From IMG/VR virus record IMGVR_UViG_3300020166_000004: a DNA stretch of 34,434 bases. One strand, given 5' to 3'. The stretch is from a virus. Positions 23,632-33,095 of this stretch are shown one piece after another. The notes beneath the pieces were generated by a model. It saw only the letters and a program-made list of their open reading frames with translations. It had not been told where the DNA came from and did not search any database. A program made the position numbers and the translations under genes. How positions within the stretch are numbered: position 1 is the first letter of the stretch; each line of letters starts with the position of its first letter.

Positions 23632-24987
23632 TTAAAACTTAATCCAGTTTTTACCACCATCTGTAGTTACATACCTATTACCGTCACTTGCTACTTTTGT
23701 ATAATTTTTATATTGCGAGTCTTCCCAGTTAATGTCTGGTATTTCGCCTGCACTTAATTTTAAAACATTATCATAGTGCCTTTTAATGTCTTCTAAAGTA
23801 TTAGGAAGATCTACTAAGTTAGCAGGATTTAAAGTTGCAATCTTGCTCTGCAAGGCTTGAAGTTCTATATTAGAAACAGCCCCTAAACCTGTTGACCCTG
23901 TAGAAGATGCAGCCTTTAGTTCTTTAATTGTGTCCAAACCTAAACTAGCTTTAATAGATTCAACAGTATCTTTTAAAGTAACATATTCTGGAAAAACTGA
24001 AGCTATAAAAGGAGAATTAGGATCTTGAGCAAGACGGGCAGTATATAAGTTATATTCACCTATATCCCCTTTAGAGTTTATAATGTCTACTGCTTTATCT
24101 ATTTTAGCTATTTGATTATCTCTTTCAACCATAAAAGAAAGTTGAGCCTGTGAGGCCACACTGGCTGCTTGTATTTGTTCAGCTTCAGATCTAGTATCAA
24201 CTCTCCACAGCTCAGCACCAGTCTCTTCATTAAGACCTATAAACCCATTTCCTGAGGGTTTAATAGTTACTTTAGGTACTGCTCCTTTAGGTCTTCCAGT
24301 AACACCTAAACTTCTAATGTCTGTTCCTGTCTCTTTATTAACAAGCCATCTTTCCGTAATACCGTCAGGTTTTACACGATCTACTGTTAAAGTTTCTACG
24401 CCCTTAGGTGCAACAGCTTTAATTTCTTCTTCTTGTAACTTTGCTACTTGTCCTTGTAAAGCATAAGCATCAGCTCCCCTTACGGCTGCTAGTCTTAATA
24501 AATTACTAGCTTGTTTAGCTATCTGAGGAGTTGTAGACCCTTGCAAGTCTGAAAGCTGATCCATTACAACTTGTGCAGAAGTACTTTTAATCTGTAAGTC
24601 AGCTTGTTGTTGAGCCGCTTTTTCTACCCTAGCTTGCTCAATAGACCTAAGCTGTCTAATCTTTTCAACAGCCTCCATCTGAGCCTGAGGTCTAAGCGTA
24701 GGAAGTTGAGCTTCCAACATAGCAATCATGCGACCCTCAGGAGACTCAAACTGTCCCTTACCAGCTTCAGCCATAGCTGCCCCAGCACGTTCCTCACCCG
24801 TCTGCATATAGCTTGTGTCTATACCTAAGTTGCCAAACAAACTGCCGACACGACGAGCTAAGGGGTCTGTGGTTCCCATTTGCTTGTACTGTGGCGCTGC
24901 TTGAGCTAACCTTCTCTGTGGCTGACTAGGATCCATTTTACCAAAATCAGAAATACCACTTAAAAACCCTTGTGAAAATTTAGCCAT
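23632..24987 (-). CDS. Internal virion protein candidate
   Basis: 451 aa, in the position of the T7 gp14/15 analogues. No recognisable catalytic motif. Confidence 0.4.
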   Translation of the reverse strand: MAKFSQGFLSGISDFGKMDPSQPQRRLAQAAPQYKQMGTTDPLARRVGSLFGNLGIDTSYMQTGEERAGAAMAEAGKGQFESPEGRMIAMLEAQLPTLRPQAQMEAVEKIRQLRSIEQARVEKAAQQQADLQIKSTSAQVVMDQLSDLQGSTTPQIAKQASNLLRLAAVRGADAYALQGQVAKLQEEEIKAVAPKGVETLTVDRVKPDGITERWLVNKETGTDIRSLGVTGRPKGAVPKVTIKPSGNGFIGLNEETGAELWRVDTRSEAEQIQAASVASQAQLSFMVERDNQIAKIDKAVDIINSKGDIGEYNLYTARLAQDPNSPFIASVFPEYVTLKDTVESIKASLGLDTIKELKAASSTGSTGLGAVSNIELQALQSKIATLNPANLVDLPNTLEDIKRHYDNVLKLSAGEIPDINWEDSQYKNYTKVASDGNRYVTTDGGKNWIKF

Positions 24988-24990
24988 TAT

Positions 24991-26736
24991 TTAAGTTCCT
25001 AATCCTAATAGTTTTTTAAGAAAGTCTGGAATATTAGAAGCATCGTCAACAGCTCCTGCAAGACTGCTAAACAAACCGCCGCCGCCTATACCACCACCTA
25101 TAACATCACCAGCAGAACCTAAGGCTTGTCCTAATAGACCAGCTCTTAGTTTCTGAGCTTCTAAGTTAGCCTCAAGCCCAGAAGCGTAAGATTCTGCTTT
25201 CTCCATAGCAGCTTGTCTACGCGCTACATCAGCAAGAGAGGCTATATTAGTGCCAACTTGCAATTGATTCAACATCTGAGCTTCTGGAGCGTAACCTGAC
25301 TGCATCAACGCTTGTAAGTTAGCAATGTCGCCTGCTTGTAGCTGTGAAGGTAAGCCAGCAGCTCCTCTGGATATATCAAACATACCCCCAGCAAGACCTA
25401 ATTGACCCTGTTGTAACTGTTGCTGTGCTCCAGCAGACCCTATGTCTGCTTGTTGCAAGCCTAATAGTTGCTGTAGTCTTTGAGCTTCTAAGCCAGCCCC
25501 TGCCTGTGTACCAGACATACCTAACTGACTTAACCCCAAGCCTCGCTGTAAAGCTTCTGATTCTAATCCAGAGGAAGCCTGTCTAAACTGACTGGATAAA
25601 CCAGCGGCCTGACCAGCTCTACCTAAACCTTCACTCTGTAAACGAGACTCAATCTGCTCTGCTGATAAGCCTAACTGAGACAACTCTGAGGCTCTGTTCT
25701 GAGCTGCTGATTGCAACTGTGAAGAAGTACCCGCAAGCTGCCCTGTTTGACCTGAAAGACTTAAAGCTCTTTGCAGTGCTTGCTGCTCTTCCGTACCCGC
25801 TTGCTGCATAGCCATTAAGGCTGCTTGATTCTGAGATTCTGACTGTGCTTTAGCCAGAGCAAACTGTTCGGGCGTGCTTCCGTACTGTGAAGAAGCAACA
25901 CCTAAACGACCTTGAGAAGCCAAACGATTCTCAAGGGAAAGTCTTTGTCTTTCTTCCTCAGGAGACTGTGCGGCTCTAATTCTTTCATAAACTTCCTGCT
26001 CTCTGTCCCCTCTTGGCTGCATTAAGCCACCAGCGGCTTGTCCTGCAAGACCTGCGTACTGTGACCGTAAAGCTTCTATGTCTGCTGGTGCAGCGCCTCC
26101 TAAGCCTTGTTGACCTAAAGCTAAAGCTTGAGAGCCTAATTGGCCTATTTGCTGTGAAGGTTGTTGCTGTAAAAGTTGAGAAACATTACCACCAAATAAC
26201 TGAGCTAGTTGATTAAGCTCTGAAGAAGGCCCAGCTCCTGCAATACGTTGTTGTCCCCCTGTCAAAGCTTGTTGTGTAAGACCTTCTAAACCCGTAGGAG
26301 CACCCATGCCCATTAATTGTTGACTAAAAAGATTGCCTACGCCAGCTCGCTGTAGAGCCATTGATAAGTCTTGTTGGTTTACACCACCTAACGCAGTAGT
26401 TGCTCCAGTTAAAGCTGAAGCTGCAAAAGGATCATAGGTTCCAGTTCTTGTAGTAGCCTGAGGCATTAAGCCCGTAGCGCCTGTTTCTAAACCTGTGGCT
26501 AAAGCTTGTTGCTCTGGAGATAAGCTTAATGTAGTACCGCCATCGGCAGTAGTAGTTGTTGCCCCAAGACCAGAAGTTACTGTAAAAGGTTTAAACGCCA
26601 TTTCAGAAGCAGCGGTATTACCTATAGTTTGCATACCTGTTTGAGAAGTACTTCCAAAACTTTTAAGTTCGTCGGAAAGGTTTTTATACTGACTTATGTC
26701 AAAACCTAATCCTAACAGATCATCAATAAGCGCCAT
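24991..26736 (-). CDS. Q/G/A/L-rich internal virion protein candidate
   Basis: 581 aa of low complexity with recurring GLSQLG / QQ.L...G units. It follows the gp12-like gene. Confidence 0.4.
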   Translation of the reverse strand: MALIDDLLGLGFDISQYKNLSDELKSFGSTSQTGMQTIGNTAASEMAFKPFTVTSGLGATTTTADGGTTLSLSPEQQALATGLETGATGLMPQATTRTGTYDPFAASALTGATTALGGVNQQDLSMALQRAGVGNLFSQQLMGMGAPTGLEGLTQQALTGGQQRIAGAGPSSELNQLAQLFGGNVSQLLQQQPSQQIGQLGSQALALGQQGLGGAAPADIEALRSQYAGLAGQAAGGLMQPRGDREQEVYERIRAAQSPEEERQRLSLENRLASQGRLGVASSQYGSTPEQFALAKAQSESQNQAALMAMQQAGTEEQQALQRALSLSGQTGQLAGTSSQLQSAAQNRASELSQLGLSAEQIESRLQSEGLGRAGQAAGLSSQFRQASSGLESEALQRGLGLSQLGMSGTQAGAGLEAQRLQQLLGLQQADIGSAGAQQQLQQGQLGLAGGMFDISRGAAGLPSQLQAGDIANLQALMQSGYAPEAQMLNQLQVGTNIASLADVARRQAAMEKAESYASGLEANLEAQKLRAGLLGQALGSAGDVIGGGIGGGGLFSSLAGAVDDASNIPDFLKKLLGLGT

Positions 26737-26969
26737 TAGTATGTACCTCCAGTAATTGTACCAGCAGTTAACACACCGTTTACATTAAGCGTTGGTATCG
26801 TAACTGTCCCTGTAAATGTTGGGCTTTCTGAATTAGACTTTGAAGCCACTGCTGTAACCAGTGCATCAAACTCAGTGTCAAAGTCAGAACCCTTGATAAT
26901 CTTCGCAGGGTTGCCCGTAGGAAGAGTATCTTTGGCTGTAAAGTTTGTAGTCTTTGTGTAATTGCTCAT
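26736..26969 (-). CDS. Small fibre-like protein
   Basis: 77 aa with fibre N-terminal motifs (KIIKGSDFDTEFDALV, SPTFTGTVTIPT). Its C-terminus GTITGGTY is shared with the 76-1071 protein. Confidence 0.5.
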   Translation of the reverse strand: MSNYTKTTNFTAKDTLPTGNPAKIIKGSDFDTEFDALVTAVASKSNSESPTFTGTVTIPTLNVNGVLTAGTITGGTY

Positions 26970-28501
26970 TAGATCATCCTACCTATTAAAGCTTGAATAT
27001 TAAGTTCTTGCAAAGATAACGCATTTTGATTAATAGTAGCGTCCACACCTATGGTCACTACCGTTCCTGAACCTGTTGTTTTAGTCTTTGGTCTGTCCAC
27101 AATGATTGAAGGACTGTACTCTGAAGTAGACACATTGTACTCACTTTGATTGTAATAAGCCGTCTTACTACCAGAGTTAATCTCAACAATCTGTTTAGTA
27201 TATGCTTGGCTGTAGTCATAGCCCCAGTTCACAACTGCCTGTGCTCCCTGACCACCAATAAACGTAACGATAATTTCTTTTAATATCTTAAGTCTTGAGC
27301 TATCCCCAAAGGAAAGTGGATTACTAAAGTAGCTCATGTCATAGGACTGACCATAATCCTGATAGTTGCTGTAAGTGGCAATACCATTGGTATTCCCTAC
27401 GTACAACAAGCCGTCCTGAGTCCTCTCAAGGGCTCTTAGGGTTGTGTCTGACCACGTAGTAACCCTATGCGCTCCGTCTTCCAAAGCAGTCCTCATATCA
27501 AAGCAGTAGACGTACTTAGAGTCACTAAAGGACAATAAGTAAAACGCTTCCTCTGGGCTGTATATAGATCGTAAAGGGCTATTGACTTGTTGTGCGTTTA
27601 TGTATAATAAATCATTACGAACATTCTTACTAATGTCCCTAACGGGCATTGACTTTTCTTGAATAGTCCTACCAAAGCTACGTAAACCTTCGTTGGACAT
27701 AAAAAGTAAATCAGTACCTGTGGGTTGTACAGTGTCTCTATCAATACAGCCTACGTTGGCTATAGTGTCAGCCAAAGACATTGTAGTAGGGTCACTAGCT
27801 CCTTGATAAACAACAATGGAGTTTTTACCAAAGATGATTAAAAAACCGTTATGAGCTGCTAAAGCTACAATTTCGTCAAGACCATTAGGCCATACTTTAG
27901 AAATGTCAATGGAGCCAGTAGAACCTCCAGACCATCCTGAGCCATTTAGTAAGTCAGACCAATAAATTGTAGACTTATCCGTTGAAAAATCAGCTACCCA
28001 AAGTCTGCCAAAGGCTGCTAAGACTTCGTTACCTTGAGGTGGAGTACCTGTAGCATGAGCGTGGTCAGACATTTTTTCCACAACGCCAGCATGAGCAGAG
28101 TACATCAAAGGCTCATATCCTAATTGAAACATATACAGGTGGTCGTTAAAGTTAACCATCTTCCAGTTATTAGCTGTAATAGTATAAGCTGCTGGGGTTA
28201 CGTCAGTAAGTGTAGTAGTACCTGTAAATATCTTATTGTTACCCGCAGATATAACTACATTAGCCCCTACAGGATCTATGTACTCTTTAATAACTTCAAT
28301 GCCATTACTGCCGTCTATAGGCGTTGTGCTAGTGGTGACAGCAGTAAAGCCTTTACGAGAGCCTATACGCCCGTACTGGTCAATAATACAGTTATCCGCA
28401 ATGGACGCAAAGGAAGCATCCAAACTAAGCGGAGAGTCCTGTGTGTTTAAACCTCTAAACGCAGGGGCTGCAATCGTTATATTCTGTCTGTCCTGAGCCA
28501 T
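26969..28501 (-). CDS. Tail tubular / nozzle protein (T7 gp12-like, candidate)
   Basis: 510 aa, directly after the gp11-like gene. The N-terminus FRGLNTQDSPLSLDASFASIADNCIIDQYGRIGSRKGF resembles the gp12 N-terminal pattern. Confidence 0.55.
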   Translation of the reverse strand: MAQDRQNITIAAPAFRGLNTQDSPLSLDASFASIADNCIIDQYGRIGSRKGFTAVTTSTTPIDGSNGIEVIKEYIDPVGANVVISAGNNKIFTGTTTLTDVTPAAYTITANNWKMVNFNDHLYMFQLGYEPLMYSAHAGVVEKMSDHAHATGTPPQGNEVLAAFGRLWVADFSTDKSTIYWSDLLNGSGWSGGSTGSIDISKVWPNGLDEIVALAAHNGFLIIFGKNSIVVYQGASDPTTMSLADTIANVGCIDRDTVQPTGTDLLFMSNEGLRSFGRTIQEKSMPVRDISKNVRNDLLYINAQQVNSPLRSIYSPEEAFYLLSFSDSKYVYCFDMRTALEDGAHRVTTWSDTTLRALERTQDGLLYVGNTNGIATYSNYQDYGQSYDMSYFSNPLSFGDSSRLKILKEIIVTFIGGQGAQAVVNWGYDYSQAYTKQIVEINSGSKTAYYNQSEYNVSTSEYSPSIIVDRPKTKTTGSGTVVTIGVDATINQNALSLQELNIQALIGRMI

Positions 28502-28504
28502 TGC

Positions 28505-29152
28505 TTAGACCGCCCTGTAGATAGTTTCTTCTGGGTGTTTGTATGCGTCCAAAGCAATTGCATCGGACATATAGTTCTGAGCAAATGCTAACATTTCCCC
28601 TGCTGATCTACCGCCAGTTTCCCCACGCTCTCTGGAAGCCAAAGCCAGTGCTAAGTGCAGTACGGGCATGTGTGGGATTTGAAGCTTGTCAGTGTCATTA
28701 ACTAAGTCAGGGTTACGTTGGACACAGTTTACTCGGATAGTATAAACAGCGTTAGGAATAGGATAAAGATCAACCTGAGTGTCCCCATTAGTATCCACAC
28801 CATTAAAGTTATAGAACGTAGGGCTTGACTTAGGGGGTGTTTCATTTAAGAAAGCATTGTCCATCCAATGCGTGTCTTTGTAAGTCATAAACCAGTTGGA
28901 CGTATCATTAATAACGTCAATAATCTTAATCCTATTACCACTACCTACAAGTACGTAGTTAAAGATGTCTTCCGTTGTAGTAATAGTAAGAGTTGTTCGC
29001 AACGCAGACCAATCCCAAGCATCCTCAACAGTCCTCTTAGCGTCATTAATAAGATCACCGATAAGAGCTGAATAAGGGTTTTGATTAACGGAGCCTACTT
29101 GATCTTCTCTGAGCCTTCTTAGGACTCCGTTTACTAATTCTAAATATGTCAT
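28505..29152 (-). CDS. Tail adaptor / tail tubular protein A (T7 gp11-like, candidate)
   Basis: 215 aa. Its size, position and N-terminal helix (ELVNGVLRRLREDQV...DLINDAKRTVEDAWDW) resemble gp11-type adaptors. Confidence 0.55.
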   Translation of the reverse strand: MTYLELVNGVLRRLREDQVGSVNQNPYSALIGDLINDAKRTVEDAWDWSALRTTLTITTTEDIFNYVLVGSGNRIKIIDVINDTSNWFMTYKDTHWMDNAFLNETPPKSSPTFYNFNGVDTNGDTQVDLYPIPNAVYTIRVNCVQRNPDLVNDTDKLQIPHMPVLHLALALASRERGETGGRSAGEMLAFAQNYMSDAIALDAYKHPEETIYRAV

Positions 29153-31989
29153 TTCAAATTCCTAAGAGGATTGTAGTCTATAAAATCAAATAAAGTTGGA
29201 GTTAGAAGTTGTGTATTGTACTCTAGTGGTTTATAGTTAGGTTGAAAAATATCAGTAGGAGAACCTTCTCTACCACCAAATAAACCTGTACCGCCTAAGC
29301 CACCGTCAGGCCCACCATCACCACCGTCACCACCGTCACCTCCGTTACCGCCCTCAGTACCCTCAGTACCCTCAGTACCCTCAGTACCCTCAGTACCCTC
29401 AGTACCCTCAGTACCCTCAGTAACCTCAGTACCCTCAGTACCCTCAGTAACCTCAGTAACCTCAGTAACCTCAGTACCCTCAGTAACCTCAGTAACCTCA
29501 GTAACATCAGTACCCTCAGTACCAACAATACCGTCACCATCGGAATCTGTGGTTAATTGATTAGGGTCTACTACTTCTGTAGTATCTGTAGTACTGGTTG
29601 AAGCACTGCCTGTAGTGTCTATATCGACAGGAACTGTAGGGTCTGATTTAGTAGCGTCATCAATAATAATGTCTACAATATCAACAGCATCAATTCCAGA
29701 GTTTAAAACAACATCAATTACTGAAGCGTCTTCTTCTGTGGCAGTACTATCGCCTACAGTTTCTGCAACACTAGGGTCAAAAGTACTTTCAGGAGGTTGC
29801 TCTGTTGTAGGGATAGGCTCGGGTTCACCAGCCCCACCCTCTAGCCAAGCTATTAACTCTTCCTTTAAATCTTCTTTTAACTCAGGATCAGTTTCAGCTT
29901 CATAAGCTTCTTTAATCTGTCTTCCTACAATATCTCCTTCGTTTACAATTAAAGGATCATCATCAACAGCCCCAACGTCCCTAGTAATAACAGGGTCTCC
30001 GTTAGCACCTCCAGCAGTATCAGTACCTCCAGCAGCATCAGTACCTCCAGCAGTAGCAGGAGTGCCAGCGCCAGCGGTACTAGCGCCTCCGCTTTCAGCG
30101 CCACCCCCGCCACCGTCAGGCGCACTACTACTGTCGTCAACAGCTTCTTCAGTGACTGTTTCTGGTTGTGTAAGATCTGGAGCTTCTACTTGTATTTCTA
30201 CAGTATCATCAACTTCACCAACTTCCACAGGTATTTCGTCTATTACTACTTCGTCAACTATAGTTTCTGAAGTAGGTAAAGGAGCAGTAGTAAAGTCTTC
30301 GTCACCTATGGTTTCCTCAACGGTTGAAGTACCCAATAGGTCTGAGTCTGGATCTAAGGAAACTACTTCCTCTACTTCTGCTGCTCGTTCTGCAAAAACA
30401 CTTTCTTGATACTCTAAAAGATCTGCAACTGTAGCAGGGTTGCCTTCCCTGTCCGTAAGTTTTGTAATATCGCCAACAAGAAAATAATCGCTGGGTGTAA
30501 GATCCTCAGGATTAAGACCTGCATTACGTGCCGCATTTTCTATGTCTTCTCTTGTAATTACTTGAACATCAGCTTCTGCATTACCAACGGAACCTATAGG
30601 GTCTACTACGCGAGTACTTCCCTGTTCAGTTGTAAAAACAGGAGCTTCTTTTAGCTCTGGGCCTTCAGTTAGTACAAACTCTTCTTCTGTTATTATGTCT
30701 TCTGGTACTTCTTTGTCAGGATCTATTGTACCCGCTACTTCAGATATTAAATCAGTAGCTGTTTCAATTTCTGAGGCAATCGTTGAAACATCTTGATAAA
30801 TAGATACTATGTCTGAAGCTGTATCTAAAAAGTCTTTAGTTTGGTCTGCCGTAGCAGCAGCATCTGAAAATGTCATTACTCCATTAGCTGTTTTTACCGT
30901 ACCGCCTGCGGCCTGAACCCCACCCGCTAACGCGGTAATAGCTGATGTTATTTCTCCTGTAACACCCGCTATTAAAACTGCTTCAAGAACAGCGGCAGCG
31001 ACCATTCCAACTTTATCAAGAGTATCAAAAGGTTCTACAGTTTGCTTATATCCTCCTAAAGGAACGTCATCAAACTGTCCTATATTAAGCTCATACTGTG
31101 CGCCATCGGGAGAAATAACGCTTATAGGTACGCCAGCTTGTGCAGCAGCAGCCTGTAAAGCACTTGAATATTGTGATTGAACTAAACGGGTTGCAGTTAC
31201 GGAAACACCTCTTTCGTTACCTTTAGGCCCGCCTAAGCCCTGTAAAGGAGCAAGAGATATATCTCCTAAACCTACGTCCTTATCGCCATACCACTCCTTA
31301 AGGTTTTCCCATTCTGATGCTAAATAAGAACCGAAATCACTGCCTTCAGTAAACTCTCCTAAACTGTAGGTATCGGCTCTAATAGCTGAAGCTAAGTTTT
31401 GAGCACCCCAGTTTTGAATTAGTTGATCCGCTGTGTACCTACCGTTTATTAAACCATTAAGAGCCGCAGCGCCTTTTACATTTCCCCACTCTTGTCTAAA
31501 CTGCTGTACTCGCTCTTTTTGTTCGTCTGTACGCTCACCCTGAACACCAAAGAAAGCCTTAGGGTCTGCTACGTCCCACCAACCTTTAGGTGCATTGCCC
31601 ACAGATCCTATTGGGTCTACAACTCTTGTACTTTCCGTAGAAGAACCTGTAGTAAGTGTTGCTAACGGTGCAGCTTCAGTAAGGACTTGTTGAGTTCCAG
31701 AGTTACCCACAGAGCCTATTGGGTCACTAATTCTTCTGCGCTCCATAGAACCTGTAGTAAGTGGTGCTAATGCGGGGGCTTCATACGCTACAGGTTTTAT
31801 ATCAGAGTCTAAGCTTCCGAGCATACCGTCTTCAGCTTCAATGGTTCTTTTTTGTGCAACAGGTTCTGCTTTAGGCACATACCTATCTTGATAGTAGTTG
31901 TACAAATCAGGGGTATTAGCCCTCATCTGATACTTCTTGTAGGCAGGTAGGCTATCCCACTGTTGCTTAGTAAGTACTTTATAAGCCAT
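29149..31989 (-). CDS. Large acidic repeat-containing virion protein of unknown role
   Basis: 946 aa with three copies of the DPIGSVGN motif, a long D/E/T/V-rich region, a (G/V)TE x ~20 tandem repeat, and a GGDGGDGGDGG tail. Confidence 0.5.
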   Translation of the reverse strand: MAYKVLTKQQWDSLPAYKKYQMRANTPDLYNYYQDRYVPKAEPVAQKRTIEAEDGMLGSLDSDIKPVAYEAPALAPLTTGSMERRRISDPIGSVGNSGTQQVLTEAAPLATLTTGSSTESTRVVDPIGSVGNAPKGWWDVADPKAFFGVQGERTDEQKERVQQFRQEWGNVKGAAALNGLINGRYTADQLIQNWGAQNLASAIRADTYSLGEFTEGSDFGSYLASEWENLKEWYGDKDVGLGDISLAPLQGLGGPKGNERGVSVTATRLVQSQYSSALQAAAAQAGVPISVISPDGAQYELNIGQFDDVPLGGYKQTVEPFDTLDKVGMVAAAVLEAVLIAGVTGEITSAITALAGGVQAAGGTVKTANGVMTFSDAAATADQTKDFLDTASDIVSIYQDVSTIASEIETATDLISEVAGTIDPDKEVPEDIITEEEFVLTEGPELKEAPVFTTEQGSTRVVDPIGSVGNAEADVQVITREDIENAARNAGLNPEDLTPSDYFLVGDITKLTDREGNPATVADLLEYQESVFAERAAEVEEVVSLDPDSDLLGTSTVEETIGDEDFTTAPLPTSETIVDEVVIDEIPVEVGEVDDTVEIQVEAPDLTQPETVTEEAVDDSSSAPDGGGGGAESGGASTAGAGTPATAGGTDAAGGTDTAGGANGDPVITRDVGAVDDDPLIVNEGDIVGRQIKEAYEAETDPELKEDLKEELIAWLEGGAGEPEPIPTTEQPPESTFDPSVAETVGDSTATEEDASVIDVVLNSGIDAVDIVDIIIDDATKSDPTVPVDIDTTGSASTSTTDTTEVVDPNQLTTDSDGDGIVGTEGTDVTEVTEVTEGTEVTEVTEVTEGTEGTEVTEGTEGTEGTEGTEGTEGTEGTEGGNGGDGGDGGDGGPDGGLGGTGLFGGREGSPTDIFQPNYKPLEYNTQLLTPTLFDFIDYNPLRNLK
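29351..29521 (-). repeat. In-frame 9-bp tandem repeat, about 19 units
   Basis: The plus strand reads CCCTCAGTA / ACCTCAGTA repeated head to tail, including 8 consecutive identical units. It encodes GTE/VTE tripeptides in the 946-aa protein. Confidence 0.9.
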
Positions 31990-32141
31990 TAGCTGTTCCG
32001 ATTATTCCAGAGGTCAAACAAAGTTTTAAGCTTTTCTTCCACTACGTCCATACGAGACATTAGCCTACCCAATGTAAGGACAAGCACAATGAAGCCCACA
32101 AAGATGGGCCAGATTGATCCAATAAGATCAATGTACTCCAC
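31989..32141 (-). CDS. Small single-TM protein (50 aa, below the ORF-track cutoff)
   Basis: GTG start 8 nt after AAGGA. Hand translation gives (M)EYIDLIGSIWPIFVGFIVLVLTLGRLMSRMDVVEEKLKTLFDLWNNRNS. The stop overlaps the next ATG as TAATG. Confidence 0.4.
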   Translation of the reverse strand: MEYIDLIGSIWPIFVGFIVLVLTLGRLMSRMDVVEEKLKTLFDLWNNRNS

Positions 32142-32142
32142 A

Positions 32143-32316
32143 TTAAGAGTCCTTCTTTTTATGGATTAAGTTTTGTATTGTCTCCGTCTCAAAGATCCTA
32201 ATGACAGTCCATATAATGCTCAAAGCAGCAGCCACAGCAGGTATCCAGCCCATTAGGGTGGACACTGTCGTAGTTACCGCCAGTGCGTCCACTGCGACTT
32301 TTGCTTCTTCCTGCAT
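32143..32316 (-). CDS. Small single-TM protein (57 aa, below the ORF-track cutoff)
   Basis: Hand translation gives MQEEAKVAVDALAVTTTVSTLMGWIPAVAAALSIIWTVIRIFETETIQNLIHKKKDS. The ATG directly follows the upstream stop. Confidence 0.4.
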   Translation of the reverse strand: MQEEAKVAVDALAVTTTVSTLMGWIPAVAAALSIIWTVIRIFETETIQNLIHKKKDS

Positions 32317-32475
32317 TTATCTTTTGGCCTTACCGATAACCAATGCACCAATCTCTAAGAACTTATAGAGCTTACCAATGAGCTTGTCGTCTTTAGGAGT
32401 AGGAGTGAGTGCCGTAATGGCGCTACAGGCCGTTACAAGGGCTGTGAGGGCGTTTAAGTAGTCTAGTAGTAGCAT
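32317..32475 (-). CDS. Small membrane protein (52 aa, below the ORF-track cutoff)
   Basis: Hand translation gives MLLLDYLNALTALVTACSAITALTPTPKDDKLIGKLYKFLEIGALVIGKAKR. It has a TAATG overlap with the upstream gene. Confidence 0.4.
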   Translation of the reverse strand: MLLLDYLNALTALVTACSAITALTPTPKDDKLIGKLYKFLEIGALVIGKAKR

Positions 32476-32795
32476 TACCACGGTACTCCTGATGCTTGCG
32501 TTGGGTTCTTCTGCGCTTCAATGTTAGCCGCCAGTGACGCTTCAATAGCGTCCTTATCAACACCGTTAGCCCAGCACCAGCCTAAAGCTACTTCTTCAGT
32601 GATGCTGTCGTAATCCACCCAGTCTGAGCTAGATGGGTCTGGTGTGAAGCCGCAAGTGCCGTAGTTGGTAGCTGAGTAGGTCACAGCGTCATCGCCAGTT
32701 CCTACGGTCTCTGATGCGTTAGCTCGCCAGTGACATACGACTACGCCACCGTCTGATAACTCACGTTCTAAAGTTGATATTGTCCAAGTTGTCAT
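32475..32795 (-). CDS. Hypothetical protein
   Basis: 106 aa with a 4-nt overlap to the upstream gene. It lies downstream of the tail fibre. Confidence 0.5.
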   Translation of the reverse strand: MTTWTISTLERELSDGGVVVCHWRANASETVGTGDDAVTYSATNYGTCGFTPDPSSSDWVDYDSITEEVALGWCWANGVDKDAIEASLAANIEAQKNPTQASGVPW

Positions 32796-33040
32796 GGTGC
32801 GTTTCCTTGTGAAGCTGCGTAAGCGTCTTTAATTTCTTGTGTCCAGACAGCGTTGCAGATTGCTTGAACTTCGGCAGATTCACCTGAGATGTCTGCGTCT
32901 GGTGCTAATGCGTGACGATGGTAAGACCGTGAAATCTCAACACCATCTCGTTCAATGATTGTTGCAGTGCGTACCTGTACGTGTTTGAAGTCTCCGACTA
33001 TTTCAATTTTATCTTCGACTGTTCTTTCTGTTAATGCCAT
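32792..33040 (-). CDS. Hypothetical protein
   Basis: 82 aa, SD GGAGA upstream, downstream of the tail fibre. Confidence 0.5.
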   Translation of the reverse strand: MALTERTVEDKIEIVGDFKHVQVRTATIIERDGVEISRSYHRHALAPDADISGESAEVQAICNAVWTQEIKDAYAASQGNAP

Positions 33041-33095
33041 TTTTATCTCCTATGGTTGGACTGTCTGTGCCTAGAGTCCACTAGGCGTATGGTTG

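Noticed and set aside
33041-33095. Short inverted repeats (CCTAG...CTAGG and GGACT...AGTCC) after the tail fibre stop, considered as a possible terminator
   Set aside because: The stems are only 5 bp and no T-run follows on the transcribed strand.
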